Of a stretch of 64,000 nucleotides of DNA, positions 31,667 through 45,038 are shown piece after piece. The position numbers and the translations under genes are program-made. How positions within the stretch are numbered: position 1 is the first letter of the stretch; each line of letters opens with the position of its first letter. The stretch is from an uncultured delta proteobacterium (lineage in GTDB: Bacteria; Myxococcota_A; Polyangia; Polyangiales; Polyangiaceae), in NCBI GenBank assembly GCA_963696385.1, contig CAVOKF010000004.1:672001-736000 (forward strand), given 5' to 3'. The notes beneath the pieces are model-generated. The model saw only the letters and a program-made list of their open reading frames with translations, made no database searches and was not told where the DNA came from.

Positions 31667-32848
31667 CGAAAGCGCGCGGGTGTGGGCGTCGAACGACGGC
31701 AGAACTTCGACGTGCGGCCTTAGGCTGCCCCGGGTCGCTGATTCGCGCAGCTTTGGGTCCGGATGCTGGGGTTCGCCCGCCACCAGCCAGACACCCGTCG
31801 CTGCGGCGGCGGTGCCGACCGCCCCGAAGACCCAGCCGAGCGTGGACGCCGTCTTGGCGTTCCGGTTTCTTCGACAAGCGTCCACCGCCGATGCATTGAC
31901 GGGTTCGTCGCATACGTCCGTTACGGAGCGCGGCACGTTTTGGCGGTCCAGATCGCTGCTATTTTTGTCGTTGACCCAGCCGGCCGCCTCGACCGCTGCC
32001 ACGACGATGGCCGCTGCGCCGACTACGATCGCCGAGAAGCCAAGGATCGTTCGGCCTCCGACGACTCCGCCGGTCGGAGTTTCGCGCTGCCGCGTGGCGA
32101 CGCCTGCCGGTGACGTCGCAGTGAGGTCGAATTCCACTTGGCGCTCGCCGCCCTCGTCGACCGTCGTGACCTCGGGCGCCGGAGTCTCGAACCCCGGCAC
32201 CCGCACGACGACGGTGTGCTGGCCCGCTGCAACCGTCATGCGCGCGGTCCCCCGGCGCAGCTCTCGGCCCACACCGTCGACCTCCACCGTTCCATCGCCA
32301 TTTCCGGCGCGGACCACCAGCACGCCAGTCTGCTGGGGTGCGGCGAGTTTAGCCAAGAGGTGGGCGGCGATATCCGTGAGCACGACGCCGTTCGGGTCAG
32401 TCAAGCTATCGGCATAAGAGCGGCTCGCGTCCGTTGGGGGTTGACCCCGCGTCCAGAGATGAATGTCTGCCGCGACCAGTCCTGCCTTTTGCTTCGTCAT
32501 CGTCCCCCACACGAACCGATCGGCGCGCAGTTGGTCCCCCATCCGTTGCAGGCAGAGGGCGTCCGCTCGGGGAGGGCAACGTAGAGCGATCGACAAGGTC
32601 TCGAACGATTGAGTCGTTTCCACGAGCGACCAATGTGGACTCGCGCGAACAAGCGCGCGAAGGGCGTGGGTCAGCGCGTCGGCTTGATCGTCGGCGTCGT
32701 CGGTTCGGATCGAAAGCACGTAGACGGGCAAAGCGTTCGGACCGTCGTCGGCAGCTCGCGCCGGGGATGACCGAAAGGCCCCCGCGGCGATCACCAAAAA
32801 GGCGAACGCGAGCGCCCGGAGCACTATGGTTTGCGCCGCACCGATCAT
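31649..32848 (-). CDS. PEGA-domain exported protein
   Basis: Signal peptide, PEGA-like region (VEVDG...GQHTVVVRVPG), C-terminal hydrophobic segments and terminal F. Confidence 0.7.
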   Translation of the reverse strand: MIGAAQTIVLRALAFAFLVIAAGAFRSSPARAADDGPNALPVYVLSIRTDDADDQADALTHALRALVRASPHWSLVETTQSFETLSIALRCPPRADALCLQRMGDQLRADRFVWGTMTKQKAGLVAADIHLWTRGQPPTDASRSYADSLTDPNGVVLTDIAAHLLAKLAAPQQTGVLVVRAGNGDGTVEVDGVGRELRRGTARMTVAAGQHTVVVRVPGFETPAPEVTTVDEGGERQVEFDLTATSPAGVATRQRETPTGGVVGGRTILGFSAIVVGAAAIVVAAVEAAGWVNDKNSSDLDRQNVPRSVTDVCDEPVNASAVDACRRNRNAKTASTLGWVFGAVGTAAAATGVWLVAGEPQHPDPKLRESATRGSLRPHVEVLPSFDAHTRALSLRLTF

Positions 32849-32939
32849 CCGGGTGCGCTCACTCCGAAGCCTCGCTGCCAAGACAGATCCACTCGTACCC
32901 GAGCCCCGTTCGATCCCGGACCCACTCGCGAAGCGTACC

Positions 32940-33548
32940 ATGCGTATCACCGGCGGGATCTATCGGTCGCGGACACTGCATGCGCCGCGCGGGCGCGCGA
33001 CCCGGCCGACGTCGGATCGTGTCCGGGAGGCGCTCTTCGGGATTCTTGCGTCGGCGCGGGTCCTCGCGGGGGCTCGCGTGCTCGATCTGTACGCAGGAAC
33101 GGGTGCGCTCGCGATCGAAGCTCTCTCTCGGGGCGCCGAGCGAGCCTTGCTCGTCGAGCGTTCGCCCGAGGCCATCCAGGTGCTCCGAGCGAATGTCGAG
33201 TCTCTCGGATGCGGTCGAGTCGCTCGCTGGATCCAGGGCGACGTCGCGCGCGTCGTGCGCCGGGTTGCGGTCGAAGGGCCGTTCGACCTGGTGTTCGCCG
33301 ATCCGCCCTGGGCCATGGTCGACACCGGTGTAGCCCCTGAAGCGCTCTCCGACCTCGCCTTCGCCGGCGCGGTGGCGGATAGAGCTTGGGTGGTGCTCGA
33401 GCACGCAGGGCGCACCACGCCCCCCGATGTAGCTGGCCTCTTTCGCGGCGAAACGCGCCGATACGGCGACACGTCCCTTACATTCTACAAACCCGCTATA
33501 CTCGGCGCGCCTCGCACGGACGTACACGCGGGGCCTCCTTCCGATTGA
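32940..33548 (+). CDS. rsmD: 16S rRNA (guanine(966)-N2)-methyltransferase
   Basis: MRITGG, TRPTSDRVREALF, LDLYAGTG, FADPPW, YGDT. Confidence 0.95.
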   Translation: MRITGGIYRSRTLHAPRGRATRPTSDRVREALFGILASARVLAGARVLDLYAGTGALAIEALSRGAERALLVERSPEAIQVLRANVESLGCGRVARWIQGDVARVVRRVAVEGPFDLVFADPPWAMVDTGVAPEALSDLAFAGAVADRAWVVLEHAGRTTPPDVAGLFRGETRRYGDTSLTFYKPAILGAPRTDVHAGPPSD

Positions 33549-33561
33549 GTCCTCCCAAGAG

Positions 33562-34164
33562 ATGAGTCCTCCCTCGAGCCGTCCGCCCGCTGGCGTTCCT
33601 GTTTCGGGCGGCAACGCGAAGTACGCGATCGTTGCCGTCGTGCTGGTCCTCGGCATCGTCGCGGTCATCGGGCAGCGCAATTGCTCGAGCCACGCGAGCG
33701 GGCCCGCTCCGCTGGCAAGCGCGTGGGTCGCTCCGTCGAGCGCCCCTCCGTCCAATCCGAAGCTCGACGACATCCCGCCCCCACCTCCGCCGGAAGAGAG
33801 GCCCGAGGCGGGGTCGATTGCGCCGAAAGTCGTCTACGCGTCGGCGGCCGGCTGTGACGGCAAGTGCTCGGGCACTCCTCCTCCGGAACTCGGACAGGCC
33901 CTTCAGGCACGGGCCATCCAGGCTCGCCGCTGTTACAACCAAGCGCTCGCCCAAGACTCGTCGCTCAGGGGCCACGTCACGATCGCGGTGCGTGTCGGAC
34001 CGGGCGGCAACGCTTGCTCCGCATCGGTTTCCACGAACGATATGGGGGCGCCCGGGGTTGCCAACTGCGCCGCGAACATCTTTCGGGCGAGCTCGTATCC
34101 GTTGCCTCGGGGGGGATGTGTCGACGCGGTGGTACCGCTTTCGTTCGTTCCCCAAGGCCAGTAG
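33562..34164 (+). CDS. TM + Pro-rich linker + AgmX/PglI (TonB-C-like) domain protein
   Basis: RRCYNQAL..D..LRG.V....VG...VANC...VVPLSF pattern typical of myxobacterial gliding-associated proteins. Confidence 0.75.
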   Translation: MSPPSSRPPAGVPVSGGNAKYAIVAVVLVLGIVAVIGQRNCSSHASGPAPLASAWVAPSSAPPSNPKLDDIPPPPPPEERPEAGSIAPKVVYASAAGCDGKCSGTPPPELGQALQARAIQARRCYNQALAQDSSLRGHVTIAVRVGPGGNACSASVSTNDMGAPGVANCAANIFRASSYPLPRGGCVDAVVPLSFVPQGQ

Positions 34165-34221
34165 AGGACGCGTGCGGCTCGGGCTCGCGCCTGCCGTTTT
34201 CTCCGACGCGGCGAGACGGAG

Positions 34222-35082
34222 GTGACTTTTGATCCCGGCCCGTCGACGCCTTCCCCGGCGAACGACGCGAGGCGTGCCGTATTGCTCGAGGTCGCCTACG
34301 ACGGCACCGATTTTCACGGCTGGGCCGCACAGAAGGGGGCGCGTACGGTCGAAGACGCGCTAGGGGGAGCCGTTCGCGCGATGGACCCGCGAGCCGGGCC
34401 GCTGCGCGGCGCCAGCCGCACGGACGCGGGCGTGCACGCGCAGGGCCAGCTCGCTGCGTTCGACACGTCGAGCGTCATTCCGGCGCGCGGCTGGGTGCTG
34501 GGGCTCAACCAGCACCTGCCGAGCGATGTTGCCGTACGCGCGGCGCGGGCGGTTCCGTGCGGGTATTCCCCGCGGTTTGCCGCGCGATCGAAGCGCTATC
34601 GTTACCGCGTTCTCGTGGACCCCGTACGCGATCCGCAGTGGCGCACCCTGGCTTGGCGGGTGTCGAGCATCGACTTGGTCGCGATGGTCCACGAGGCGGC
34701 ATCCGCGGTGGGCACTCACGATTTTGCGAGTTTTCGGGCGGCGGCCGACGAACGGCGCAGCACCGTGCGGACGCTTACCCGAGTGCACGTGGAGCGCGAG
34801 ACGGATGCGCGAATCGTCGCGGTCGTCGTCGAAGGCGACGCGTTTCTTTACAACATGGTGAGGATCCTGGTTGGCACGCTCGTGGACGTCGCGCGAGGGC
34901 GGCTCGCTGCAGGAACGATTGCGCGGTCGCTCGCGCAGCGCACACGCAGCTCTGCGGGCACGACCGCGCCGGCGCACGGGCTGGTCCTCGAGCGGGTTGA
35001 CCTGCGGCTGCCCGACGACGCTGGGGAGCGTTGGCCCCCGCCGGACAACGAGTTTGACCCCTCGGCGGCATCGGGGCCATGA
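34222..35082 (+). CDS. truA: tRNA pseudouridine(38-40) synthase
   Basis: AYDGTDFHGW, SRTDAGVHA, GTHDFASF, FLYNMVRILVG. Confidence 0.97.
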   Translation: MTFDPGPSTPSPANDARRAVLLEVAYDGTDFHGWAAQKGARTVEDALGGAVRAMDPRAGPLRGASRTDAGVHAQGQLAAFDTSSVIPARGWVLGLNQHLPSDVAVRAARAVPCGYSPRFAARSKRYRYRVLVDPVRDPQWRTLAWRVSSIDLVAMVHEAASAVGTHDFASFRAAADERRSTVRTLTRVHVERETDARIVAVVVEGDAFLYNMVRILVGTLVDVARGRLAAGTIARSLAQRTRSSAGTTAPAHGLVLERVDLRLPDDAGERWPPPDNEFDPSAASGP

Positions 35083-36107
35083 GAGGGGGCACGCGGGTAC
35101 TGGTGCGCGCCGCGCGACCCGGGGAAGGGGCCGCCGTAGCCGGGCTATGGCGCGAATTGTGGGACGCTCACGAGCAGTGGGGTGGATACCCGGGCTCGCA
35201 TGACGCGCGCGTCTACGCGCAGGTCGCGGCGAGGCTGGATCAAGATGCACGCCTGCGCGCGGGACACGCTCTCCTCGGTCGCCACGCGCACTTCGTTGCC
35301 GATCTCGGTGGCGCACCCTGTGGTCAGGTCGAGGGTTGGCTCGATCATCTTGGCGAATCGAGTACGTCTCCGTTGACGTGCGAGGTCCGTTCGCTCGTGG
35401 TCGCCCGCAGCGCGCGCGGAAAGGGTGCGGGTCGTGCGCTGCTCGAGGCGTTGGCGGTTGCTGCGCGGGACGCGGCGGGCCGAGTTCCTTGCATCCTCGC
35501 CGCCGAGGTTCTCGAGCCGAACCCCGCGCACGCTTTCTATGCGCGCGTCGGATACGCGCCCGTGTCCTGGAGCGCCAGAATCGACGCGCCCGAAGGCGCC
35601 GTCGCGCCGAGCTCGCCCATCAAGACTCGCCTCGCGACGCCTCAGGATGCGGGTGCGATAGCCGAGCTCGAGGAGGCGCTCGCGCAGCGCCGGTTGGCCG
35701 TCGGTGACGCTCGCTTCGAACGACCGACCATCGACGCCGCGCTCGTGGCTACTCTCGCAGCGCATCTGGGGGTCGACCCGGTCGCGTTTCCGGGCGATCC
35801 TGCGACCATCGTGGCCGTCGATGCGACAGGCGCCGTGATCGCGGCGGCCAGCGTCGCGGTGCAATCGCTTGAGCCGCCGTTTCTTCCATTGCGGCGGGGG
35901 CTTGTGGGTCGCTTTGCCGTTCAGCCGGGCCGGCCTGCCCGCCCGCTCGTTCGAGTGCTGGTCGCGCTCGGTTGCCGCATGGCGGCATCGCATGGCGCAC
36001 ACTACGTCGAGCTCACGGATCTCTCCGCCCCGGGCACGGAATTGCACGATGCCGCCCTAGCCACAGGTGCAGAGCCTTGGTCGCGCGTCGTGACGAAGCG
36101 CTGCTGA
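35079..36107 (+). CDS. GNAT acetyltransferase (tandem domains)
   Basis: LVVARSARGKGAGRALL motif A, N.A..FY..VGY. Confidence 0.75.
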   Translation: MRGGTRVLVRAARPGEGAAVAGLWRELWDAHEQWGGYPGSHDARVYAQVAARLDQDARLRAGHALLGRHAHFVADLGGAPCGQVEGWLDHLGESSTSPLTCEVRSLVVARSARGKGAGRALLEALAVAARDAAGRVPCILAAEVLEPNPAHAFYARVGYAPVSWSARIDAPEGAVAPSSPIKTRLATPQDAGAIAELEEALAQRRLAVGDARFERPTIDAALVATLAAHLGVDPVAFPGDPATIVAVDATGAVIAAASVAVQSLEPPFLPLRRGLVGRFAVQPGRPARPLVRVLVALGCRMAASHGAHYVELTDLSAPGTELHDAALATGAEPWSRVVTKRC

Positions 36108-36152
36108 GCCGGGGGTGCTTGCTCCGCGGTCTCGTCGGACTACCTTCTCACC

Positions 36153-37589
36153 GTGCCCATGCGCTTCAAGTTTCGTCTCGTTGCCGTCCCGTTAGCGGTC
36201 GCTTGCGGAATGTCTTTGGCCGCTGTCGGATTGGCGCAAACGTCGGCTCCTCGCCCGGCGGGGGCCGCGACCGCGGCTCCGTCCGTCCCGACGCCTGCCC
36301 AAGTCCAGGCGTCGACCGCCGAGGCTCGGCGGCTTTCCGACGGATTCGTCGCCGTGGCGGAGCGCGCGAGCCCGAGCGTGGTCCAAATCGATATCACGGT
36401 GCGGGACGACAAGGCGGATTTGCTTGCCCGCTTTTTCGGACGCGGAACGGGCGATGAACCGATCGCCCGCGGCACCGGGTCGGGTGTGGTGTTCACCTCC
36501 GACGGGGCGATTCTGACGAACAACCACGTGGTCGAGGCCGCCCTCACGATCAATGTGCGGCTGCGGGATGGCCGGTATCTGCCCGGCCGTCTCGTCGGAA
36601 GCGATTCGGCGACCAATCTGGCGGTCGTCAGAGTCGATGCGACGGGGCTCACGCCGGCCAAGTTCGCCGACTCGGACCTGGCGCGTGTCGGAGAGTGGGT
36701 CGTCGCCATCGGGTCGCCTTTCGGGCTCGGTTACACCGTCACGGCCGGCGTCTTGTCTGCCAAGGGCAGAGGCGGACTCGGAATGAACGCGATCGAGGAC
36801 TACTTGCAGACGGACGCGAGCATCAATCCGGGCAACTCGGGGGGCCCGCTCTGCAACTTGCAAGGCGAGGTGCTCGGGATCAACACGATGATCAATGGGC
36901 GCGGCCAAGGGATCGGCTTTGCCGTACCGAGCACGATGGCACAGCGAGTGGCCGACCAAATTCTGAAGACGGGCCGCGTTTCGCGCGGATGGATCGGCGT
37001 TTCCGTTCAGGATGTGACCCCCGAGCTCGCGGCAGCCATGCACCTGACGCCCGGTGCGGGAGCGCTCGTGAACAATGTCGCTCTGGACGGACCGGCGTTT
37101 CGAGCGAACGTGCGTCCCGGCGATCTCATCGCGTCCGTCGGGGGCCGTTCCATTCACGACGGCCACGATTTGATTCGCGAGACGATCTCTCGCGAAGTGG
37201 GGCAGCCGGTTCAGCTCGAAATTATCCGTGCCGGCCAACACTACAGCGCGAACGTAACGCTCGCCGAGCGTCCCGAGGCCGCCGCGGCCGCGCCGCCCGT
37301 GCAGCTGCCGGCCACGGCGCACCAGGGCATGGGACTCGTGGTGAGGGACCTGTCCCCGGAGCAGGCGGCTGAGATGAACCTCCCGGCCCGGCCGGTTCCG
37401 GTTCTGACGCAAGTGACCCCGGGCTCGGCCGCGGACCGCGCGGGACTTCGCCCGGGCGACGTCATCATCGAGGCCAATGGAAGCCGGGATCCGACATCCG
37501 CACAACTGGCGGAACTCGCCCGCTCCGGAGCGCTCGTTCTTCGCGTCAAGCGCGGCGATGCCTTTTTCTACGCCGCACTCAAACGCTGA
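36153..37589 (+). CDS. HtrA/DegP-family serine protease with two PDZ domains
   Basis: Signal peptide, TNNHVV, QTDASINPGNSGGPL, two PDZ; catalytic Asp position reads Asn. Confidence 0.92.
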   Translation: MPMRFKFRLVAVPLAVACGMSLAAVGLAQTSAPRPAGAATAAPSVPTPAQVQASTAEARRLSDGFVAVAERASPSVVQIDITVRDDKADLLARFFGRGTGDEPIARGTGSGVVFTSDGAILTNNHVVEAALTINVRLRDGRYLPGRLVGSDSATNLAVVRVDATGLTPAKFADSDLARVGEWVVAIGSPFGLGYTVTAGVLSAKGRGGLGMNAIEDYLQTDASINPGNSGGPLCNLQGEVLGINTMINGRGQGIGFAVPSTMAQRVADQILKTGRVSRGWIGVSVQDVTPELAAAMHLTPGAGALVNNVALDGPAFRANVRPGDLIASVGGRSIHDGHDLIRETISREVGQPVQLEIIRAGQHYSANVTLAERPEAAAAAPPVQLPATAHQGMGLVVRDLSPEQAAEMNLPARPVPVLTQVTPGSAADRAGLRPGDVIIEANGSRDPTSAQLAELARSGALVLRVKRGDAFFYAALKR

Positions 37590-37641
37590 CGACCGCTGAT
37601 CGTCCTTGGACGGTGCCGCGAGATCGACTACGGGTCTCGCG

Positions 37642-38784
37642 ATGGTCGAGATCCGGCAGATCCCGATGGGGGGCCCCATCCACGATTTCCTCGAGGTCGT
37701 CGATTACATCTACCGTGGGGATCCCGTTCACGTTCGCCCGCTCGACTTCGAACTCCGCGATCGACTGAGCCCGCGGAAAAATCCGTTCTTCGAGCATGGC
37801 GAAGGAACGATCTTCACGGCCTATCGCAACGGCTGGTGCGTCGGCCGAATCACGGCGCAACTCGACCGCGGGCACCTCGCCCGGTACGGCGATTCGACCG
37901 GCTTCTTCGGGTTCTTCGATACGATCGACGACGAGGAAGTGGCCAGGGACCTTCTGTCGCGTGCGGAGAGCTGGTTGCTGGCCAAGGGGATGACGCGCGC
38001 GCGCGGCCCCCTTTCGCTCAACATGACCGAGGAGGTGGGCTGCCTGGTCGAAGGGTTCGACCAGCCCTCGTTCATCCTGTCGCCGCATCATCGCCCGTAC
38101 CAGGGCTCGCTCATCGAGCGTGCAGGCTACGCAAAAGCCAAGGATTTCTACGCGTGGACCTATGCGGTGACGGAGCCGAACGCGCGCGTGAAGCGAGCCT
38201 GCGAAGAGGTCGCGTCGCTCGCGGAGGTTTCACACCGAACGCTGTCGATGGATAACCTGCACAAGGACGTCGAACTCTTCGTCGACATCTACAACGACGC
38301 CTGGGGCGACAACTGGGGCTATGTCCCCGCCACCCGGCGCGAGATTCAGAAGATGGCTTCCGATTTCCGGTTGATCCTCAAACCCGAGATCACGTGCATC
38401 GTCTCGATCGACGGCGAGCCGGCCGGCGTCGCCTTGGCCTTGCCCAATTTGAGCGAGGTCACGCAGGATCTCGGCGGCAAGCTGTTTCCCTTCGGGCTTC
38501 CGAAGATTCTTTGGCGCTTGAAGGTTCAAGGGACGCGAACGGCGCGGCTCATCGCCCTGGGCATCCGAAGGAAGTGGCGTGGCGTCCGCAGGTACGCGGG
38601 CCTCTCCGCCTTCATGTACGCCGCCATGAACGATGGCGGTCGCAAGCTCGGCATGCGCGGGGGCGAGCTTGGCTGGACGCTCGAGGACAACGGGCGGATG
38701 AACGCCGGCATCCGATTGATGGGTGGCACGGTCTACAAGCGGTATCGCGTGTACGAGAAACCATTGATCCGGGGGACGGCATGA
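37642..38784 (+). CDS. GNAT-fold conserved protein (YghO-like)
   Basis: NPFFEH, VGRITA, GFFGFFD, GCLVEGF, WTLEDN motifs. Confidence 0.75.
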   Translation: MVEIRQIPMGGPIHDFLEVVDYIYRGDPVHVRPLDFELRDRLSPRKNPFFEHGEGTIFTAYRNGWCVGRITAQLDRGHLARYGDSTGFFGFFDTIDDEEVARDLLSRAESWLLAKGMTRARGPLSLNMTEEVGCLVEGFDQPSFILSPHHRPYQGSLIERAGYAKAKDFYAWTYAVTEPNARVKRACEEVASLAEVSHRTLSMDNLHKDVELFVDIYNDAWGDNWGYVPATRREIQKMASDFRLILKPEITCIVSIDGEPAGVALALPNLSEVTQDLGGKLFPFGLPKILWRLKVQGTRTARLIALGIRRKWRGVRRYAGLSAFMYAAMNDGGRKLGMRGGELGWTLEDNGRMNAGIRLMGGTVYKRYRVYEKPLIRGTA

Positions 38785-39770
38785 GAGTTCTCGTAACGGG
38801 AGCAAGCGGCTTTCTGGGCGGCCATGTCGTCGAACGGCTGAGCGCTCGCGGAGACCAGGTTCGTGCGTTGGTCCGGTTGACGTCGAACCGCAAGCACTTG
38901 GAGCGGCTGAACAACGTCGAGCTGTTCGAAGGAGCGATCGAGCAGATCGATCGCATGCGCGAAGCGGTGGACGGAATGGACGCCATCGTTCACGCGGCCG
39001 GAATCATCAAGGCGCGCGGCACCGACGAGTTCTTTGCCATCAACGTCGGAGGTACCTCCAATCTCGTTCAGGCGGCGCGAGTCTCGTCAGCGGTCCGTCC
39101 GCTCAAGCGTTTCGTCCATGTATCCAGTCTGGAAGCATGCGGTCCATCGGCCGACGGCGAGCCGGTTCCCGTCGATCAGGAAAGTCCCGTGACCGCGTAC
39201 GGTCGCAGCAAACTCGCGGCCGAGAAGGTCGTGCTCGCCGTCAGGGACGAGGTGCCGGTCACCATCCTGCGGCCCGGCGCCATCTACGGTCCCCGCGATG
39301 GCGAGATTTTCGAGGCGTTTCGGTCGATCCAACGAGGGGTACTCCCTCTCGTGGCGGGCGGCGAGGCGAAGGGCATGTGGATTTACGCGACCGACTGTGC
39401 CGAGGCGTGCGTCCGCGCGATCGAGGCGGACGTCCCGAGCGGTCGCATTTACTTCGTCGACGACGGTTGCGGTCCGCTTCCGGCGAAGACCATGCTCGCC
39501 GACGCGGAGGATGCGCTGGGCCGCCGGGCGACGATCCGCGCGAACCTGCCCGTACCCGTGCTGATGACGATCGCCCGCGGCGTCGAAATCTTCGGCCGCA
39601 TCGCAAACCGTCCCGTCATGCTCACGCGCGAAAAAGCCGGCATGTTGTTGCAGAACTGGGTCTGCTCGTCCGAGCAAACGCGCCGCGATCTGACCTGGGA
39701 GCCGAAAGTCCCGTGGAACGATGGAGTGCAGCGGGCGGTGAAGTGGTACCGCGATAACGGCTGGCTTTAG
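38781..39770 (+). CDS. NAD-dependent epimerase/dehydratase
   Basis: VTGASGFLG, HVSS, YGRSK, IYGPRD. Confidence 0.9.
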   Translation: MRVLVTGASGFLGGHVVERLSARGDQVRALVRLTSNRKHLERLNNVELFEGAIEQIDRMREAVDGMDAIVHAAGIIKARGTDEFFAINVGGTSNLVQAARVSSAVRPLKRFVHVSSLEACGPSADGEPVPVDQESPVTAYGRSKLAAEKVVLAVRDEVPVTILRPGAIYGPRDGEIFEAFRSIQRGVLPLVAGGEAKGMWIYATDCAEACVRAIEADVPSGRIYFVDDGCGPLPAKTMLADAEDALGRRATIRANLPVPVLMTIARGVEIFGRIANRPVMLTREKAGMLLQNWVCSSEQTRRDLTWEPKVPWNDGVQRAVKWYRDNGWL

Positions 39771-39884
39771 CTGCCGTGGGCGGGTGCCTGGGCCCCAGAC
39801 CTAGCGCGGCGGGCCAGACAGCACTACTTTCCCCCGCATCCGCACCGCGACGGGCGCGTGCGCTAAGGACCGCCAACCATACCC

Positions 39885-42968
<3,084 letters not shown>

Positions 42969-43006
42969 GTGCTGGTGACGGCCACCCTTTGATAGGATTG
43001 CCAACC

Positions 43007-43528
43007 ATGAACGGTCGGGCATGGTCGAGCGGGTTGGCGATGGTCGTCGTCTCGGCACTTTTGGGCGCAGCCGTCGCGGCGTGCGGCGGACACGAAGCGG
43101 CATTCCCCAACGTGAAAGTAGGCCAGATGCCTGCCGACCAAACGTGGCCGGGCGTCTATTACAACCCCGTCTACGGGTATCTTCATCTGGTTGGTCAGGA
43201 AGGCAACATCGTGGGCCGATGGAAGCGCACCGACTCGAGCCATTGGGGTGAGCTCAACGGCACGATCGAGGGCAACATCCTGCGCTTCAAGTGGACCGAG
43301 CACACCTACGGCGCCGTGGGCCCGTCGGCCGATCTCCACGGCACCGGTGTTTTCGCGTACAAAATGGGTACAAACGACATCCCGGAGCTCGACGGTCAAT
43401 ACGCGCTGGAGGATTCGGACAAGACCGGCGATTGGCATTGCATCAAGCAAATCGGGCTGAAGCCCGACCTGAGCTCGATCAACGGCGACAGCCCAACGGG
43501 CGCTCCGACGCAAGATCAGTGGAAGTAG
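43007..43528 (+). CDS. Hypothetical lipoprotein
   Basis: Lipobox VAAC, beta-rich mature domain. Confidence 0.75.
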   Translation: MNGRAWSSGLAMVVVSALLGAAVAACGGHEAAFPNVKVGQMPADQTWPGVYYNPVYGYLHLVGQEGNIVGRWKRTDSSHWGELNGTIEGNILRFKWTEHTYGAVGPSADLHGTGVFAYKMGTNDIPELDGQYALEDSDKTGDWHCIKQIGLKPDLSSINGDSPTGAPTQDQWK

Positions 43529-43538
43529 CGCGTTTGCC

Positions 43539-45038
43539 GTGCCCGTGGCGCAGGCGCACGAAAACGATCCCGTGATCGCTGGCCCCCTGGGGGGCCTTTG
43601 GCTCTCGGCGGTTCGTATCCAGACGCCGATCTCGATTGTTCGCGCACTCCGGTGGTGGCGCGAAATGTCGCGTCTCGGGGTAAACGTCCCGCTCTTCGTA
43701 GCGCACGATTTTGGGCTTCTCTATGCGGTCTCAGCCGAACAAATCCAACTGCGAGACGATGCCATCGGGCAAGCCTTCGCCGGTACTTCAAGCGCTGCCG
43801 CGCTCGTCACGCGGTATCGCGCCCTGGTCGCCGAGTTGGCGGCGGACGCCGGGGCTCGGATCGCCAAGATCGGGTTGACCGATGACCTGATCGCCGTCGT
43901 GCTCGTCCGTCTGCTGGCCGGAACCTCTCGCATCGCGGAAGTCTCGCCGCCCTGGCCGCAGACTTTGCCGCTCGACGTGGAACTCGTGCGCGAGCTCGAA
44001 TCGCAACTGCCTCGGCTCTTCTCGGCGGTGCCGCGACGCTACGAATTTTCGTTTTTGCAGGCCTTGACGAGCGATCGGCTCCGATTGCTCGCGACGACCG
44101 ACGCGCTGGACGTCAACACGCTGCGACTGCTCGCCATGTTCCCCGACGAACCGACCCTTCACGGATCGTTCGCCGAGGTCGATCTGCTCGCCGCGTTGTC
44201 GAACGCCATGGCCAGCGACGTCGTCGAGTTCTCGCTCGAGCTCTTGCCCCGTGTCCTCGAAACCAGGCGCTCCGATGGGCTCCGTTCGCACTCGGCCGAC
44301 GGCTACGCCGGTGTTGGGAGGTACGGGAGCCTCGATTCGATGGTGTTGACCGAACTTGCGTGGAGCGACGAAGAGCTTGCCCGCCGCGCGCTCGAGGGCG
44401 AGATCCTCTTCTTTGCCCGTGAGCAGGCCACCGGTCCGGCGGCTCGTCTGCACCACGTTCTGGTCGATGCGTCGGCATCGATGCGGGGCGATCGCGAGGT
44501 GTTCGCGAGGGGTCTGGCGATCGCCCTCGCCAAGAAGCTGCAGCGCGGAGGTGAAGAAGTGCGGATGCGGTTTTTCGACTCGCGTCTGTACGACATCCGG
44601 CGCGGACCATCGCGCACGGCTCTTCCGCTCGCGTGGGTGCTCGGCTTCAAAGGAGAGCGCGGGCGCAACCCGGCCCGCGTATTGGCTCACCTTGCGACGG
44701 AGCTCGAATTGCTGCGGACGCGGGATCCTCGGGAATCCGTCGTCCACCTGATTACCCACGCCGCCCTTCATGTACCCAGGGCGATCGCCGCCGAGGTCGG
44801 CCGTCTCGCCCACTTGTTCTGTGTTTTCATCCTCCCGAGTGGCGGCGTTCTCGATCTGGATTGGCTGGATCTGATCGAGAGCTACGCGGTCGTCGGTCAC
44901 GAAACCCTAAAGCGGCAGAGTGAGCGCGTGAACGCCGGAGCTCGCATCATCGGCGACATCACGGACGCCGGCCGCACCGACGGGTTCGGCGTCGGGCGGG
45001 CCCGCGGGGTGGGTCGCGCTCGGGTGCGTCACGTGTAG
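43539..45038 (+). CDS. VWA-domain protein (CoxE/ViaA-like)
   Basis: HVLVDASASMRG (DxSxS MIDAS), RFFDS; helical N-terminus. Confidence 0.7.
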   Translation: MPVAQAHENDPVIAGPLGGLWLSAVRIQTPISIVRALRWWREMSRLGVNVPLFVAHDFGLLYAVSAEQIQLRDDAIGQAFAGTSSAAALVTRYRALVAELAADAGARIAKIGLTDDLIAVVLVRLLAGTSRIAEVSPPWPQTLPLDVELVRELESQLPRLFSAVPRRYEFSFLQALTSDRLRLLATTDALDVNTLRLLAMFPDEPTLHGSFAEVDLLAALSNAMASDVVEFSLELLPRVLETRRSDGLRSHSADGYAGVGRYGSLDSMVLTELAWSDEELARRALEGEILFFAREQATGPAARLHHVLVDASASMRGDREVFARGLAIALAKKLQRGGEEVRMRFFDSRLYDIRRGPSRTALPLAWVLGFKGERGRNPARVLAHLATELELLRTRDPRESVVHLITHAALHVPRAIAAEVGRLAHLFCVFILPSGGVLDLDWLDLIESYAVVGHETLKRQSERVNAGARIIGDITDAGRTDGFGVGRARGVGRARVRHV

